This document shows positions 61,009 to 64,000 of a stretch of 64,000 bases of DNA, in pieces (position 1 is the stretch's first letter; each line of letters opens with the position of its first letter). The stretch spans positions 3,544,405-3,608,404 of the forward strand of contig NW_003314262.1 of assembly GCF_000143415.4 (NCBI RefSeq), read 5' to 3'. A program made the position numbers and the translations under genes. Under the pieces are notes generated by a model. The model saw only the letters and a list, made by a program, of their open reading frames with translations. It was not told where the DNA came from and did no database searches. Origin of the DNA: Selaginella moellendorffii (Eukaryota > Plantae > Lycopodiophyta).

Positions 61009-61989
61009 ATGAACTCAGCGCTCCATTTTTGTGTTTGCCTGTTTCACGTCTCCTACCGATAAGACGAATGTGCTGTATGGTTGTTGTGTGGTTTCATTCA
61101 GATCCCAATGGCTCCCTACGATTTCGTTCCAAATGTGCAGTGCTCATTCCCTGGTTAAGTGCCACCCTCTGTATTCTTTCATTCGCCCAGGCTTGGAAGA
61201 TTGGGCTGCAAATTGGGAGCTTGCGCATGGTGAAGGGAATCCCGAAAGTAGGAAACGCCTTGCTGCTGAGAAGAGAGTTCGAGCCACTTGCATTTTATCC
61301 CTGTTGCTGATGATTCCAGAGTTGAGAATATGTGCAAGCTTGCCTGTTGGTGCTTCCATGTTGATGATATCCTTGACGACTTGTAGGGCCTTGGAGCTGA
61401 CTTTGGAGGTGCCAAGAGGCTTGTTAAGAGCTACCTTGGCATAATCCATGCCAGCGATTTTCCAACAGAGTGTCCGAGCTGTTGGAGGCAAGCGTGAATC
61501 AGGTGAAGCTGAAGAATCTGAAAACGGTGATGGGCTTGGAGGGGCTGCTGACTCACCGTCGCGTGTTAGTTGGTGTATTTGTTATGGAAACTAATGGAGT
61601 ATGGCATGGGATTCAAACTCCAGGACGACGCCGTTTCAAATCAGGACCTCCAAGAAGCTGAATGACTAGTTGCAGACCACGTAAGTTGTGTCAACGACTT
61701 GTTTTGCTTCCTGGTGGACATTGCAGCTGGAGATACTCAGTTCAATATCGTCCACACGATTATGTGTGGCAATTCGGATTCAAAGAGCTTTTCTTTCGAG
61801 TACGCAGACGACAAAGCTCACAAACTGCTGCAGAGTATCGATCATCGATTCAAAAAGCTGTGCGAGAATATCAGAAGATCATGCTGCTACGATGGTGCAA
61901 TGGAGGCTTACCTGGAAGGCTTGTCTCATATCATATCCGGGAACCTTGAGTGGCACTGGCAGACAGGACGATACAAACTGGTATCTTGA
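61009..61989 (+). pseudogene. Microbial terpene synthase-like (MTPSL) pseudogene, intronless; 5' limit approximate
   Basis: Across frames: 'VKCHPLYS', 'WCFHVDDILDD' (DDxxD at 61363), 'QRFSNRV', 'LTHRRVLVG', 'MEYGMGFKL', 'VNDLFCFLVD' (NSE/DTE-like), 'YLEGLSHIISGNLEWHWQTGRY' (WxxxxxRY); stops at 61384 and 61663 plus frameshifts. Confidence 0.85.
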
Positions 61990-64000
61990 AAAATGTTGGT
62001 TTTCTTTTCAAGGTCCCTAGTCATTTTTTTAAGGAAAATATAAACATTCATTTTTCAGTACCAAGCGACTTGAGGTCCAGGAATTTGTCAGCCTTGTTCC
62101 CGCACTGTGCCTTTTTATTTTACACTCTCCTTTAGTAACAGTGTAGCCTTCGATGATTTCCGTTCATACAAGGCCTTTGAAAGAGGGAAGAGATCAAAGC
62201 TATACTTGGCCTATTGAATTCCTTCACAAAATTTCTCCAAAATTTTACGCAGGCTTCCACACCGGCTATGAGCAAGTCCTGCTCGATACCTCCTTTGCAT
62301 ATGCTTCCCATGTTGTTCACCCAAGTTCCACAGTAATTCAGGCCTTAACCGCCACAAGAATATTAGTGATGAGGGTGTAGAGCCAGCGTTGCACTGCCAG
62401 TCTCAATGTACCCTGGAAAATCTGCTTACGAAACATGCGAGGATATGTCATAGATGTAGTTGAGAGGGGGTTGACAAAGGCTACTTGATTTTCACAAAAT
62501 GAAAATCTTGTTGAAAACTTTCAGACCCCACACCCCGTTGCAAACTTCCCAGAGCTTCACTCGCACTCCTATACTGGTTTGCAAGAACAATCTTGGGGCC
62601 AAACCCAGCTCTGTGGTAGCATTCGTATATGTCGCTTTTGTTCATTAACACGAGTTAGAAAACACAATTCTTTGTGCCAAGGAACAATGAACTTTCTTCT
62701 TCGTTACAACTAGGCAGAGCTCAATGAGAAAAAATGCAAGCTAAATTCTGGGAAGTGTATGTTTAAAATTTCAAAACTCCTAAGGTTTGGATGGCCATTG
62801 AAAACGAGTTGGGTTAATCATCACAGGAAAGCCAGTGCTATGAATTCCTTGGTACAATTTCTATAACTTGGATTAAATCTGCAGTAACAAGTATTAACAT
62901 TCACCAATTTTGTGTGTGTTAGCAAGATAGCTATTAATAAGCATGGAATGTTTTTTGAACACTTTCCTCTCCCACAAAAACATATTTGAAGACTTATTTC
63001 TACATGGCCCTTGCATGCCCATAACCTTAATATTTAAAACATTTTAACTTACAGCCACAAATATCAAACTCTATATTAATATGTCCTGTATTTGGAAAAT
63101 TATATATTGATTGAGTACCTTTAAGCAATTTGCTAGTAAGTGGCAATAACTTAATGCTGAAGTGTCACTCTTGATGAAATAATAATATAGCCACTATGAC
63201 CAAACAATTCAAGAACCAAATAAAACATATTTTGATATCCCACTCCTATTCCATATGATCAGTTTTCTTAGAAAACTATCTTTATGATTTGAAAAGAAAT
63301 TATAATTATAATTTGAAAAGTAGTTTTCTATATTATTAAAATTCAAATTTGAGAAACAAAAACATCACAAATACCAGTTTTTAATTCTTTTTTTATTTTT
63401 CATTGTCACAAGTAAAAATAAAATTTGGGGTATTAGTAGATATAAAAACTTAAATAGATATATATTTTATTTTATAATTGAAAATAAATACAATGTAGTA
63501 ATTAATATATATAGAATACAGTATTGAAATTAAATAATATTTGGTCAGGATTAAAAATTTATTCTTTAGTTGAAGAACATTGCAATACAAGCACCAGCAA
63601 TTGCAATTAATAGTGAGTATTTTAATTAATATTAAAAATTAATATTTTTATATTTCATAAGTGATTTTGATATATTGAAACCCCAATATGTTGGGCCCTT
63701 ATATTTCTCATAATTTTAATTTTATAATTATTTTAAATAATAATTATTTTTATAATTTTAAAGGATTGATATCATGTTTAAAATTATATCAACTTTAATA
63801 ATATTCCTTTTTTCCCTCCTATGCAAAAGTAACAAATTTGTAATTACATAAAAAAATGTTTTGAGAGTATGGAAGTTTCACATAAACTTTTAAAAAAATC
63901 GATGTCAGAACATAAACAGAAAAAATAAAAACAAAAACATGTGAGAAAAGAATTTATTATTAACAAAAGTTTTATTGATATACATTAAGTTGGAAAACTA

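Noticed and set aside
62100-62650. Possible decayed minus-strand coding fragment (weak methyltransferase-like 'ITVELG')
   Set aside because: Multiple stops and only one short ambiguous motif; insufficient evidence.

Overview
Eukaryotic land-plant nuclear DNA. Very short introns (about 50-90 nt), a PLS-class PPR gene, a flagellar IQ-AAA (DRC11) gene and a microbial-type terpene synthase relic together point to a lycophyte such as Selaginella (inference). Layout: PPR gene (1-1754); P1B-2 Zn/Cd ATPase (2.1-6.0 kb); a tandem segmental duplication of the block [ferredoxin-metallo-beta-lactamase, TRAPPC13, AT-rich spacer, TPT1], with copy A at about 8.5-18.7 kb and copy B at about 20.0-39.5 kb. The two copies show complementary gene damage. 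Copy A carries a TIR (MULE-like) element and a 2.26-kb non-autonomous LTR element. Copy B carries a nest of two decayed Ty3/gypsy elements, one of which contains a complete 5S-rRNA-bearing Cassandra-type TRIM. A dense gene cluster follows: TPT1, cpFtsY, RUS2, an orphan gene, DRC11/IQCA1, a RING-H2 E3 ligase, an aspartic protease plus relics, an alkenal/one reductase, and an MTPSL terpene synthase pseudogene. Three N gaps lie at about 12.9, 14.1 and 26.5-26.8 kb. No database searches were run; family calls rest on motifs recognised in the translations.
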